A stretch of DNA of 32,000 nucleotides, taken from Planctomycetota bacterium. Lineage in GTDB: Bacteria > Planctomycetota > UBA1135 > UBA2386. Position 1 is the first letter of the stretch. Each line of letters starts with the position of its first letter. The notes under the pieces are model-generated. The model did not search any database. It was given only the letters and a program-made list of their open reading frames with translations, and was not told the origin of the DNA. Shown here piece after piece: positions 8,494 through 16,544 of this stretch. The stretch is from contig JBEELK010000153.1 of NCBI GenBank assembly GCA_041168165.1, positions 1 to 32,000 on the forward strand, written 5' to 3'. A program made the position numbers and the translations under genes.

Positions 8494-9996
8494 ATGAAAC
8501 ACGGTCAACACGAGCGCGCCCCCACGCGGGGCGCGGGGAGGCATCGTCACGTTTGGCTTGCCGCCGCGGCGTTCGCAGCGTGCATCGCCGCGTTGGGCCC
8601 GAGCCCAGTTGCAACGAGCGCAGAAGAGACGAAGGAAGAGCGCGAGATGACCCTCGCGACGAGCGCCATCGAGGCGTCCGGCGACGCGAGCCAACGCACG
8701 ACGCACGCGCGCACCATGCCCGATGCGAAGAGCGCAACCGCGACAGCTCGCACATTCTCGGACTACGTCGACGCGCTCGTTGCACTAGGCATGTCGACCG
8801 CCGAAGCGAAGGAAGCCGGCGACGACGATGCTGCGTCCGAACACGACCAAGCGACGCGCTCGTTGTTTGGCGAAATGATGCGCGCCCTCGTCGACGTCGA
8901 CGCCGAGAGCCTGCAGGCCTTTGGCGACCTGCCGCCGATCGACGACGCCGCGCCTGGGCTGCCGCGCATACTGCGACAGAACGTGCTGCAACTCGCGCTG
9001 ACGATCGGCATGCAGCGGCGTCTCGATGGCGCAGCCGACCCGAGCGCACTCGATGCGCTCACGAGCGGCGCGCTGACGACGATGCTCGCGCGGCCCGACC
9101 TCGCCGAGCCGCTCGGCAAGGAGTTGCTAGTCGGCAAGCCGTACCTCGGCGAGCCGCACGAGCGCCTCGTGCTCGACCTCATCGCCGCGAGCGGCGAAGG
9201 GCTCTTTGCGCAGAACATCGCGGTGCAGTTGCTGTCGACGCTGTGGGACAACCTGCAACGCAGCGGGGCGCGCACGTCGCGCGACCTCACGAGCCTCGCG
9301 CTGCTGCTGCTCGACGTCGGCAATGCGAGCGAACGGCTGGCCGCGGCGCGGCGCCTCGTGCTCGACGACCGCTGCCGAGAAGTCGTGCTCGCGCACCTGC
9401 GGCGCACGCGCGATGCGGAGCTGGCGCGCGCGATCGCGATGGCCGCGGCTACCGACCTGCCCGGCGCCGCGGCGTTCTCGGTGATCACGCAGGCAGCCGA
9501 GATCGTCGGCCAAGACACGGCGCCGTTCCTGACGCTCGCGCAGCGGGAGCCGGGCTTCGTGCGGAATGAGTACGAGCAGCGGCTTGGCAGCGACGTCACG
9601 CCGCGCGTGCGTGCGTTGCTTGTCGCCGGCGCAGGCTTCGCGGAGGGCGCGGAAGGGTTGGAGGTCGCGCGGCTCGCGTTCTCGTCGGACCCCGATGCCG
9701 AGGTCCGACTGCGCGCGCTCTTCGTGCTGACGGGGCGCGCTGCCGACGCGCTCGGCGAGGCGGCGGTGTCGCAAGCACTCGACGATCCAGGCATCGGCGG
9801 AGACCCACAGCGCCTCGCGGCAGTCGTCCTCGCCGTCGAAAACCTGGCGCGGCAGGGGCACATCAACGCAGTGCACCGCCTCGGCGAACGCATGCGGGCG
9901 ATGCCGACGCTGAGCCTCACGGCGCGCACGATGCTGGATCGACTGCTGCAGGAGCACTTGCCAGGCGGCGGAGCGACGGGCGGCAGCGGCCAGTGA
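8494..9996 (+). CDS. secreted alpha-helical repeat (HEAT-like) hypothetical protein
   Basis: Part of ORF 7753..9996. ATG 8494 follows GAGGCGGAG, 20 nt after the upstream stop. Hydrophobic signal VWLAAAAFAACIAALGP. Ala/Leu-rich helical repeats, for example DPDAEVRLRALFVLTGRAADALGEAAVSQALDDP. Confidence 0.55.
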   Translation: MKHGQHERAPTRGAGRHRHVWLAAAAFAACIAALGPSPVATSAEETKEEREMTLATSAIEASGDASQRTTHARTMPDAKSATATARTFSDYVDALVALGMSTAEAKEAGDDDAASEHDQATRSLFGEMMRALVDVDAESLQAFGDLPPIDDAAPGLPRILRQNVLQLALTIGMQRRLDGAADPSALDALTSGALTTMLARPDLAEPLGKELLVGKPYLGEPHERLVLDLIAASGEGLFAQNIAVQLLSTLWDNLQRSGARTSRDLTSLALLLLDVGNASERLAAARRLVLDDRCREVVLAHLRRTRDAELARAIAMAAATDLPGAAAFSVITQAAEIVGQDTAPFLTLAQREPGFVRNEYEQRLGSDVTPRVRALLVAGAGFAEGAEGLEVARLAFSSDPDAEVRLRALFVLTGRAADALGEAAVSQALDDPGIGGDPQRLAAVVLAVENLARQGHINAVHRLGERMRAMPTLSLTARTMLDRLLQEHLPGGGATGGSGQ

Positions 9997-10108
9997 TTAC
10001 GAGGCAGCTCGACTTCCTCGGTGTGCGTGGGCTCCTGTCAGGCGAACAGAAGCCGATGCGTGGCGAGGAAGTTCGCAGGCCAAGGATCGAGAGCCCTGAG
10101 AACGAAAC

Positions 10109-10127
10109 GGCGCCGTCGTGCGGCGCC
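10109..10127 (-). terminator. possible rpmG terminator hairpin
   Basis: GGCGCCG-tcgtg-CGGCGCC (7-bp stem), 43 nt downstream of the rpmG stop. On the minus strand it is followed by GTTTCGTT, a weak U-tract. Confidence 0.3.
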
Positions 10128-10169
10128 TGAGTTACCGCGCGAGCCCGACCGTGCGGGCCCGACGAGCGG

Positions 10170-10334
10170 TCACTTCTTCTTCTCGATGTGCTTCGTGTGC
10201 TTGCGAAGCCGCTTGCTGTACTTCATCAACTCAAGCTTGGTCGTGCCCGACTTCTTGAGAAGCGTGTAGTTGCGGTCGCCGGTCTCCTCGCAGACGAGGA
10301 ACACGATTTCTTTCTTCTTCTTGGGCTTTGCCAT
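10170..10334 (-). CDS. rpmG: 50S ribosomal protein L33
   Basis: Hand-translated; not in the ORF track because it is only 54 aa: MAKPKKKKEIVFLVCEETGDRNYTLLKKSGTTKLELMKYSKRLRKHTKHIEKKK. Matches the L33 pattern (..C.E.G..NY......KLEL.KY....RKHT.H.E.K). It has a single Cys, so it is the zinc-less form. Confidence 0.85.
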   Translation of the reverse strand: MAKPKKKKEIVFLVCEETGDRNYTLLKKSGTTKLELMKYSKRLRKHTKHIEKKK

Positions 10335-10485
10335 GGCTGCTCTTTTGGAGGGCCGAGCAAGGTAACGACCGCCTGCGGAAGCGCAAGACCGGACTCACCA
10401 CATCCTCGCCGGCCCGACCCCGCGCTGACCACGGCCCAGCGCAAACTAGCCACCGGCGCAAACCGAGGCACCGGCGAAGGGCGGT

Positions 10486-10506
10486 CCGACTTCGGTCAGA
10501 AGTCGG
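10486..10506 (-). terminator. stem-loop abutting the stop codon of the 10507..11643 gene
   Basis: On the minus strand, TGA is followed immediately by CCGACTTC-tgacc-GAAGTCGG (8-bp stem). No U-tract. Overlaps a tandem 11-nt duplication (ggtcagaagtc x2, 10494..10515). Confidence 0.3.
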
Positions 10507-11643
10507 TCAGAAGTCGAGCACCAGCACAGGCATCAAGCCCTGCTGCACGACCCACGGCGACGTCGCAGAAGCGTAGGGAAAGAACACGCTGCTCGCCCGG
10601 GAGCCGATGCCCGAGGTGTCCAACTGCATCACAACCCCGTTGCTGATCGACAACGGCAGCGGACCGGTCCGCTGCGCGTCCAAGAACGCCGCCTGCGCAG
10701 AAAGCCGCATCCCCGACGTGGTCACCGCTGGTGGGATCGCAAACCGGAGGTCAAATCCGCCAGCCGCGTCCGCGACCCCAAAGACGACGAGGTCGAGCGG
10801 CGACCATTGGAGGCACCCTGCGAGCGCTGGGTCCAGGGCCGCTAAGGACTGCCCGTAGCCGAGAAAGTCGCCGGCGAGCGCATGCGTCTGTGGCTCGACG
10901 CCGACCCAGGCGAGCACCACCGAGCCGGGGCCGTTGGGCGGGGCGGGAGGCGCGCCGACCAGACGCAGGATCGCGTCAAGGCCGCGCGTCGGCGAAGCGG
11001 CAGAGGTCCATCGCAACTCGAGTGGCGCGCTGCGGGTCGTGCACGAGCCTTCGCCGACGGTCGCCTGGTAGCCCCGTTCGATGCCGCTCTCCGCCCACAC
11101 CGCATCGACCCACTGCTCCGCGGTCCGAAACGGCAAGTCGCTGGTCTCGAACTCAAGCAGCAGCGACCCCGCGACCACCGGCAACGGCGGCGAGAACGGG
11201 ATGACCAAGAACTCGTCGCCGAGCCACGGCGCGCCGGTCGGCTGCGCGGTCGCCGCGACCTGGACCGGCGCCGGCCCCCACACGACGGGGAACGTCGCGG
11301 GCGCATTCGCTGCGCGCGCGCCCGACAGCGCAGACGGCAGCGTTGGCACGAACGCGGCGCGGACCGTCATCGTCCGCTGCAGCGCGGGATACGGCGCCTC
11401 GCCGAGGAAGCTCGGTCGGCGCAGTCGGATGCCCTGCAAAGTGCCCCCCGCCAGAGCGGTCGGCAGCAACTGCGATCCCACGCAGACCTGGAGCACGCCA
11501 TGGCTCCACGCGAGTGGCATCGACATCGCGGCGTTGCCGGGCAGCGTCGCAGCGATCGGCGGCACGACGGCGCGGCTTTGCGCCGCCATGCGGTCGGAGC
11601 TCAGAGACACAGCAGCAACGGCAGCGATGGCGATCAGGCGCAT
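10507..11643 (-). CDS. secreted hypothetical protein, paralogue B of the three-member family
   Basis: ORF 10507..11793 trimmed to ATG 11643 (MRLIAIAAVAAVSLSSDRMAAQS signal peptide). The C-terminal module GGFDLRFAIPPAVTTSGMRLSAQAAFLDAQRTGPLPLSISNGVVMQLD parallels paralogues A and C. Confidence 0.6.
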   Translation of the reverse strand: MRLIAIAAVAAVSLSSDRMAAQSRAVVPPIAATLPGNAAMSMPLAWSHGVLQVCVGSQLLPTALAGGTLQGIRLRRPSFLGEAPYPALQRTMTVRAAFVPTLPSALSGARAANAPATFPVVWGPAPVQVAATAQPTGAPWLGDEFLVIPFSPPLPVVAGSLLLEFETSDLPFRTAEQWVDAVWAESGIERGYQATVGEGSCTTRSAPLELRWTSAASPTRGLDAILRLVGAPPAPPNGPGSVVLAWVGVEPQTHALAGDFLGYGQSLAALDPALAGCLQWSPLDLVVFGVADAAGGFDLRFAIPPAVTTSGMRLSAQAAFLDAQRTGPLPLSISNGVVMQLDTSGIGSRASSVFFPYASATSPWVVQQGLMPVLVLDF

Positions 11644-11793
11644 GCGAAGGACCTCGTCGGAACTAGCGATGTCATCGGCGCATCGCGACCACAAACCGAA
11701 GCTGCGGCGACGCGATCTGCATCCTGCGCCGCGGGTTGGCCTTCGTCGCGACTGCGCGGCAGATGCGCATCTCGTCGCGGTGGCATGGCCCAC

Positions 11794-11834
11794 AAAAAAA
11801 GTAAGGGGCCCGGCGCTCCCACACGCCGGGCCCC
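11794..11834 (-). terminator. strong rho-independent terminator with no obvious upstream gene
   Basis: On the minus strand: GGGGCCCGGCG-tgtgggag-CGCCGGGCCCC (perfect 11-bp GC stem, 8-nt loop), followed by TTACTTTTTTTG. A T7 run is very unusual in this GC-rich DNA. The plus-strand reading has no T-tract after the stem. Confidence 0.6.
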
Positions 11835-11985
11835 GAGGGGTTGTCCACGTAACTTGACTCCCTGCCTCCCTGTCCTGCCGGTGCTATCGGCGTTTCGGAG
11901 CGCGCGACTTGAGCTTTGGTCGCAGAACTTCTGTGCGCTCGTCGGCGTTGCTGCGTCGCTGCGTTCGCTGGGCTAGCCTGCGAGC

Positions 11986-12756
11986 GTGAACCCAACAAGC
12001 GTCGCCATCGTCACGGGCAGCAGTCGCGGCATCGGACTCGAGATCGCGCGCGCGCTTGGCCGCAAAGGCCACGCGCTTCTGCTCGTTGCACGCGACGCCA
12101 CGGCGCTCGCCAGCGCCCAGCAAGAACTCGAACGCGAAGGGCTCCGCGCTGCGACGTGCGCGGTCGACCTGCGCGACGCATCGTGCGCCGACGCGGTGCT
12201 GCGCAAGGCGCGCGAGGCATTTGGCGAACCGGACGTGCTCGTCAACAACGCGGGCACGGCGCCGACGGCGAAGTTCGAGGCGACGACCGACGCGATGCTC
12301 GACGAGACGTTCGCGCTGCACGTGAAGGCGCCGCTCGCGCTCGCGCGCGCCGTGCTCCCCGGCATGCGGCAGCGCGGTCGCGGCTGCATCGTGCAACTCG
12401 CGTCGACCGCTGGACTGCGCGCATTCCCCTTCACGTCCGCATACACGGCAGCAAAGCACGCGATGGTCGGGCTGACGCGCGCGCTCGCGACCGAACTTCA
12501 GGGCACCGAACTCCGCGCCTACGCGGTGTGCCCCGGCTTCGTCGACACGGAGATCACTCGAAGCGCCGCGGCAGCCATCGCGGCGCGCGGCAAGCTCACG
12601 AAGGAGCAGGCGATGCAGAAGATGGCGGAGCAGAACGTCATTCGCCGCATGCACACGCCAGACGAAGTCGCCGCGACCGTCGCGCGCCTCGTCGCCGAGC
12701 GGCCGCTTGGTTGCACGTTTGTGATGGACCGCGATCCGCCTGCATTCCTCGACTGA
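11986..12756 (+). CDS. SDR family oxidoreductase (3-oxoacyl/3-hydroxyacyl reductase-like)
   Basis: GTG start. Motifs TGSSRGIG, NNAG, S...YTAAK and PGFVDT. Confidence 0.9.
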   Translation: MNPTSVAIVTGSSRGIGLEIARALGRKGHALLLVARDATALASAQQELEREGLRAATCAVDLRDASCADAVLRKAREAFGEPDVLVNNAGTAPTAKFEATTDAMLDETFALHVKAPLALARAVLPGMRQRGRGCIVQLASTAGLRAFPFTSAYTAAKHAMVGLTRALATELQGTELRAYAVCPGFVDTEITRSAAAAIAARGKLTKEQAMQKMAEQNVIRRMHTPDEVAATVARLVAERPLGCTFVMDRDPPAFLD

Positions 12757-12836
12757 GTGCGCATTCGCCATCGAACGACGGCGCGCTTGGTCGGGCGCGC
12801 ATGCGCTCCTACTGTGCGCGGCTCCGAGGATCCCCG

Positions 12837-13634
12837 ATGAGCCAATACGACTTCCGCTTCGAACACGGCACCGACGGCGTCGCCGTGCTGACGTTCGATC
12901 GGCCTGACACGCTGAACTCGCTGACCTTCAAGATCTACGCGCAGCTCGAACGGCTGTTCTGCGATCTCGAAGAAGACGACACCGTCAAGGCGATCGTGCT
13001 CACGGGCAGCGGCCGCGGCTTCTGCAGCGGCGGCAGCGTCGAGGAGATCATCGCGCCGCTGCTCGAGTCTGAGTTGCACGAGACACTGGAGTTCACGCGC
13101 ATGACCGGCGCCGTGGTGCGCAACATGTGCAAGCTGCAGAAGCCGATCGTCGCGGCGATCAACGGCATCGCAGCAGGCGCAGGCTCCGTGCTCGCGCTCG
13201 CGAGCGACATCCGCGTGATGTCCGAGACCGCGAAGTTCGCGTTCTTGTTCACCAAGGTCGGCCTCACCGGCGCGGACATGGGCGCTGCGTGGCTGCTTCC
13301 GCGCGTCGTCGGAACGGGGCGCGCGATGGAGTTGCTGATGCTCGGCGACAAGGTCGATGCGCACGAGTCGTTCCGCATCGGACTCGCCAATCGAGTGACG
13401 AAGCCCGAGGACACGCTCGCAACTGCGATGCAGATCGCGCGCAAGCTCGCCGGTGGCCCGCTGCTCGCGCTCGGCATGACCAAGAAGATGGTCTACCAAG
13501 AGTGGATGATGGACCTCGATGCAGCGATCGAGCAGGAGGCGCAAGCGCAGGCATTGATGCTGCGCGGCCACGATCACCTCGAGTTCTTCCGAGCCTGGAC
13601 GGAGAAGCGCGAACCGCGCTTCAGCGGACGATGA
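12837..13634 (+). CDS. enoyl-CoA hydratase/isomerase (crotonase) family protein
   Basis: ATG 12837 within ORF 11916..13634, preceded by GAGGA. Crotonase motifs VLTGSGRGFCSGG, IVAAINGIAAGAG and FTKVGLTGADMG. Confidence 0.9.
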   Translation: MSQYDFRFEHGTDGVAVLTFDRPDTLNSLTFKIYAQLERLFCDLEEDDTVKAIVLTGSGRGFCSGGSVEEIIAPLLESELHETLEFTRMTGAVVRNMCKLQKPIVAAINGIAAGAGSVLALASDIRVMSETAKFAFLFTKVGLTGADMGAAWLLPRVVGTGRAMELLMLGDKVDAHESFRIGLANRVTKPEDTLATAMQIARKLAGGPLLALGMTKKMVYQEWMMDLDAAIEQEAQAQALMLRGHDHLEFFRAWTEKREPRFSGR

Positions 13635-14836
13635 GCGCTCCCGAGAAGAAGATCGTTTGCGAGCCGCAGAGTTCGGTTTGGCTGCCGGACTCCGACCTGT
13701 CGCCGCAAGACCGCGAGTTCGCGCAGCGCATGCGCGCGTTCGCGCACGACAAGCTGCTGCCGCATGCGCGCGCAGTCGACGAGCAGCGCACGTTCCGCCG
13801 CGAGACGGTCACGGAACTCGGCGCAGCAGGCGTGCTCGGCGGCCCGTTGCCACGCGAAGCAGGCGGCGGTGGCTGGACCGCGATGCAGTATGCGATCGCC
13901 CACGAAGAACTCGGCGCCGTGTGCGGCAACGCACGCGGCTTCTGCGCCGTGCAGACGGGCCTCGTCGCCACGACGCTGCATCGTTACGGCAATCAAACGC
14001 AACGCGACCGTTGGCTGTCCGCGTTGATGTCGGGCAAGGCGATCGGTTGCTTTGCGTTGACCGAACCCGACGCCGGCAGCGACGCGGCATCGCTGCGCAC
14101 GCATGCGCAACTGCGCGGCGATCGCTTCTCGCTGAGCGGAACGAAGCACTGGATCACCAACGGCGGCGTCGCCGACGTCGCGATCGTGTTCGCGACCGTC
14201 GATCCCGCGCTCGGCAAGAACGGCATCACCGCGTTCTTGGTCGAGACCAACGCGCACGGCTTGAAGCGCGCGCCGATGCCAGGCATCGAACTCGGACACC
14301 GCGGCAGCGACCATGCGACGCTGACGTTCGAAGGCGTCGAGCTTTCGGCCGACGCGATGCTCGGCAAAGTCGGCGAAGGCTTTGCCATCGCGATGGCAGG
14401 TCTGCACGCGGGCAGGCTGTCTGTCGCAGCAGGCGCAGTCGGCATCCATCGCGCGGCGCTCGCAGCCGCGGTCGAGTTCACATCGCAGCGCGAGCAGTTC
14501 GGCAAGCCGCTCGCGACGTTCCAGATGGTGCAAGAGCGACTCGCCGACATGCTCACGTCGCTGCATCAAAACCGCGGCCTCGTGCAGCGCTGCGCGCGCC
14601 GCCGCGACGCTGGCATCGAGACTGGGGCCGACCTCGCGATGGCGAAGCTCGCCGCGACCGAGGCCGCCGCACACGCAGCCGATCAATCGCTGCAACTGCA
14701 CGGCGCGCGCGGCTACTCGTCGGCATGCGTGCCAGAGCGCCTGCTCCGCGACATCCAAGCGCTGCGCATCTACGAGGGCGCTTCGTTGATCCAGAAGACG
14801 CTGCTCGCGCGCGCGCTCACGTCGAAGGCGAAGTGA
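13631..14836 (+). CDS. acyl-CoA dehydrogenase
   Basis: ATG 13631 overlaps the upstream stop (ATGA), indicating translational coupling. ACAD motifs CFALTEPDAGSD, GTKHWITNG and IYEGASLIQK. Confidence 0.9.
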   Translation: MSAPEKKIVCEPQSSVWLPDSDLSPQDREFAQRMRAFAHDKLLPHARAVDEQRTFRRETVTELGAAGVLGGPLPREAGGGGWTAMQYAIAHEELGAVCGNARGFCAVQTGLVATTLHRYGNQTQRDRWLSALMSGKAIGCFALTEPDAGSDAASLRTHAQLRGDRFSLSGTKHWITNGGVADVAIVFATVDPALGKNGITAFLVETNAHGLKRAPMPGIELGHRGSDHATLTFEGVELSADAMLGKVGEGFAIAMAGLHAGRLSVAAGAVGIHRAALAAAVEFTSQREQFGKPLATFQMVQERLADMLTSLHQNRGLVQRCARRRDAGIETGADLAMAKLAATEAAAHAADQSLQLHGARGYSSACVPERLLRDIQALRIYEGASLIQKTLLARALTSKAK

Positions 14837-14850
14837 GCGACGCTTCGCTC
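14835..14850. terminator. short hairpin between convergent genes
   Basis: GAGCGA-cgct-TCGCTC in the 21-nt gap between the convergent ACAD stop (14836) and motB stop (14858). No U-tract. Confidence 0.25.
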
Positions 14851-14857
14851 AAGAACC

Positions 14858-15607
14858 TCAGCGGTTCTCGGGCCGCCGATTGCTGAACGCGAGGATGACC
14901 TGCGCGCGGTCTTCCCAATCCGCGGCCGCGCGCGCGCTTCCGGGCGCTGCGTCCTTCTGCTGGCCGAGTTCGATGCGCACGAGGTGCGGGCGAATCTCGG
15001 GCACGCCGAGAAGCGCCTTGCGCAGCGTCCACAGGCGCTTGTCGCACAGTTCCAGGGAGGTGTGCGGACGGTTGTTCTCGCCGACGCCGAGGATGACATC
15101 CGGCGCCTCGATGATGATGCGCAGGTCGCTCGTGTAGTTGACCGCTCCTTGCGCAGCGCGGACCAGCCAATTGAACACGTCGGGTTTGATCGGGAAGGCG
15201 CGGCTTGAGTCGAAGAACGACGAGAGTGCGGCGCGCATCGTGATCGTGTCGTCGGTCATCACGATGTCGATCGAGCTGCCAGTCACTTCCTCGAACTCAC
15301 GCGGCAGCGTCTCCTGCAAGAACTCCTTCATCGAGCCGTCCTGAGCGTTGACGAGCGGCGCTGGCATGAGCGTCTCGCCGCCGCCCTTCTGCTTCTCGAA
15401 GATGCCGTCGTCCTTCGTCTTGCCTTCGCCAGCGATGTGGAACGCGAACTGGATCGAGTCCTTGAGCTGCTTGGCCTTGCTGAGGTCCGCTTGGCCGAGC
15501 GCGTAGAGCACGACGAATAGCGCGAACAGCAGCGTCATCATGTCCGCGAACGAAATGACCCATCGTTCGTGGTTGACGTGCTCTTCGTGTTTGTGCTTCT
15601 TCGCCAT
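14858..15607 (-). CDS. motB: MotB-like stator protein with divergent OmpA-like C-terminal domain
   Basis: N-terminus HERWVISFADMMTLLFALFVVLYAL, carrying the conserved channel Asp. In the C-terminal domain IIIEAPD replaces the usual GHTD, and the peptidoglycan-binding N..LS..RA motif is only partly kept (TSLELCDKRL). Confidence 0.8.
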   Translation of the reverse strand: MAKKHKHEEHVNHERWVISFADMMTLLFALFVVLYALGQADLSKAKQLKDSIQFAFHIAGEGKTKDDGIFEKQKGGGETLMPAPLVNAQDGSMKEFLQETLPREFEEVTGSSIDIVMTDDTITMRAALSSFFDSSRAFPIKPDVFNWLVRAAQGAVNYTSDLRIIIEAPDVILGVGENNRPHTSLELCDKRLWTLRKALLGVPEIRPHLVRIELGQQKDAAPGSARAAADWEDRAQVILAFSNRRPENR

Positions 15608-15630
15608 GGCGCGGTCTCAATAGCCAGCGA

Positions 15631-16407
15631 TCAGTGCTTCTTGTCCGCGGCGCCGCCGCCGTGGCTGCCGAGATACGTCTTGAGCTTGCTGCGCAACGCG
15701 CCCGGCGCGACGCCAGACTGAATGCCGACGACGCCTTCGAGCACCATCTGCTTCAGCAACTGCTCGTGCTCGATGTGGCGCTTCAACTTGAACGACATCG
15801 GAAGGCAAACGACGTTGGCGAAACCGACGCCGTACACCGTCGCGACGAACGCGACGGCGATGCCAGGACCGATCAGCTCAGGCTGGTCGAGCACGCTCAT
15901 CACGTGCATGAGACCGAGCACTGCGCCGAGCACGCCGACCGTCGGCGCGAGCGCGCCCCAGGTCTCCCAGAACTTCATGCCCGCCTTCTGGTCTTCCTCA
16001 GAGATGTGCATGTCGATCTCGACCGCTTCGCGGATCGCCTCGGCCGAGCTGCCGTCGATCGCGAGCGTGAGGCACTTCACGAGGAACGGGTCGCCTTGCC
16101 CGCTGTTGGCGTAGGTCTCAAGTGCGAGCAAACCCTCGCGACGCGCGAGGTTGGCAAGCTCGAGCACCTTCTCCATCAGCCCGTGGAAGTCGTACTTCGG
16201 CGGCATGAACACGCGCTTCAGCGATTGCACCGCGAACCCGAGGTCGCTCGGCACCGTCGCGACGAACGTCGCGCCGAGCGAGCCGAGGATCACGATCATG
16301 AACGCGGTCAGCTGCAGCAGCGCCGTCGGATGGCCGCCTTCGAGGATCATGCCGCCGATGATGCCGATGAAGGCGAGCGCGAGTCCGATCGGGGTAAAGA
16401 TGTCCAT
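15631..16407 (-). CDS. motA: MotA/PomA-type flagellar stator proton-channel protein
   Basis: 258 aa with the 2+2 TM layout and a cytoplasmic loop (ARREGLLALE...DPFL). C-terminal TM3/4 motif APTVGVLGAVLGL...TVYGVGFANVVCLP. Sits 23 nt upstream of motB. Confidence 0.88.
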   Translation of the reverse strand: MDIFTPIGLALAFIGIIGGMILEGGHPTALLQLTAFMIVILGSLGATFVATVPSDLGFAVQSLKRVFMPPKYDFHGLMEKVLELANLARREGLLALETYANSGQGDPFLVKCLTLAIDGSSAEAIREAVEIDMHISEEDQKAGMKFWETWGALAPTVGVLGAVLGLMHVMSVLDQPELIGPGIAVAFVATVYGVGFANVVCLPMSFKLKRHIEHEQLLKQMVLEGVVGIQSGVAPGALRSKLKTYLGSHGGGAADKKH

Positions 16408-16544
16408 CGTTGCCTAATCCATGGGTGCGGAGCGTCGCAGACTTCGGCATGCGACGGGCGCCCGCTGCAGGCTATGCAGAAGGCGCGATGGCAACGGCGC
16501 GACGAACGCGCAAGCCGCGACAACGGCGCGTAGCAATCTGCAGG

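Noticed and set aside
14858-16407. The MotA/MotB pair as a Zorya-type anti-phage system
   Set aside because: MotA here is 258 aa with the canonical flagellar-stator layout and has no long ZorA-type C-terminal tail. No ZorC/ZorD-like genes, or nuclease or helicase genes, are adjacent.
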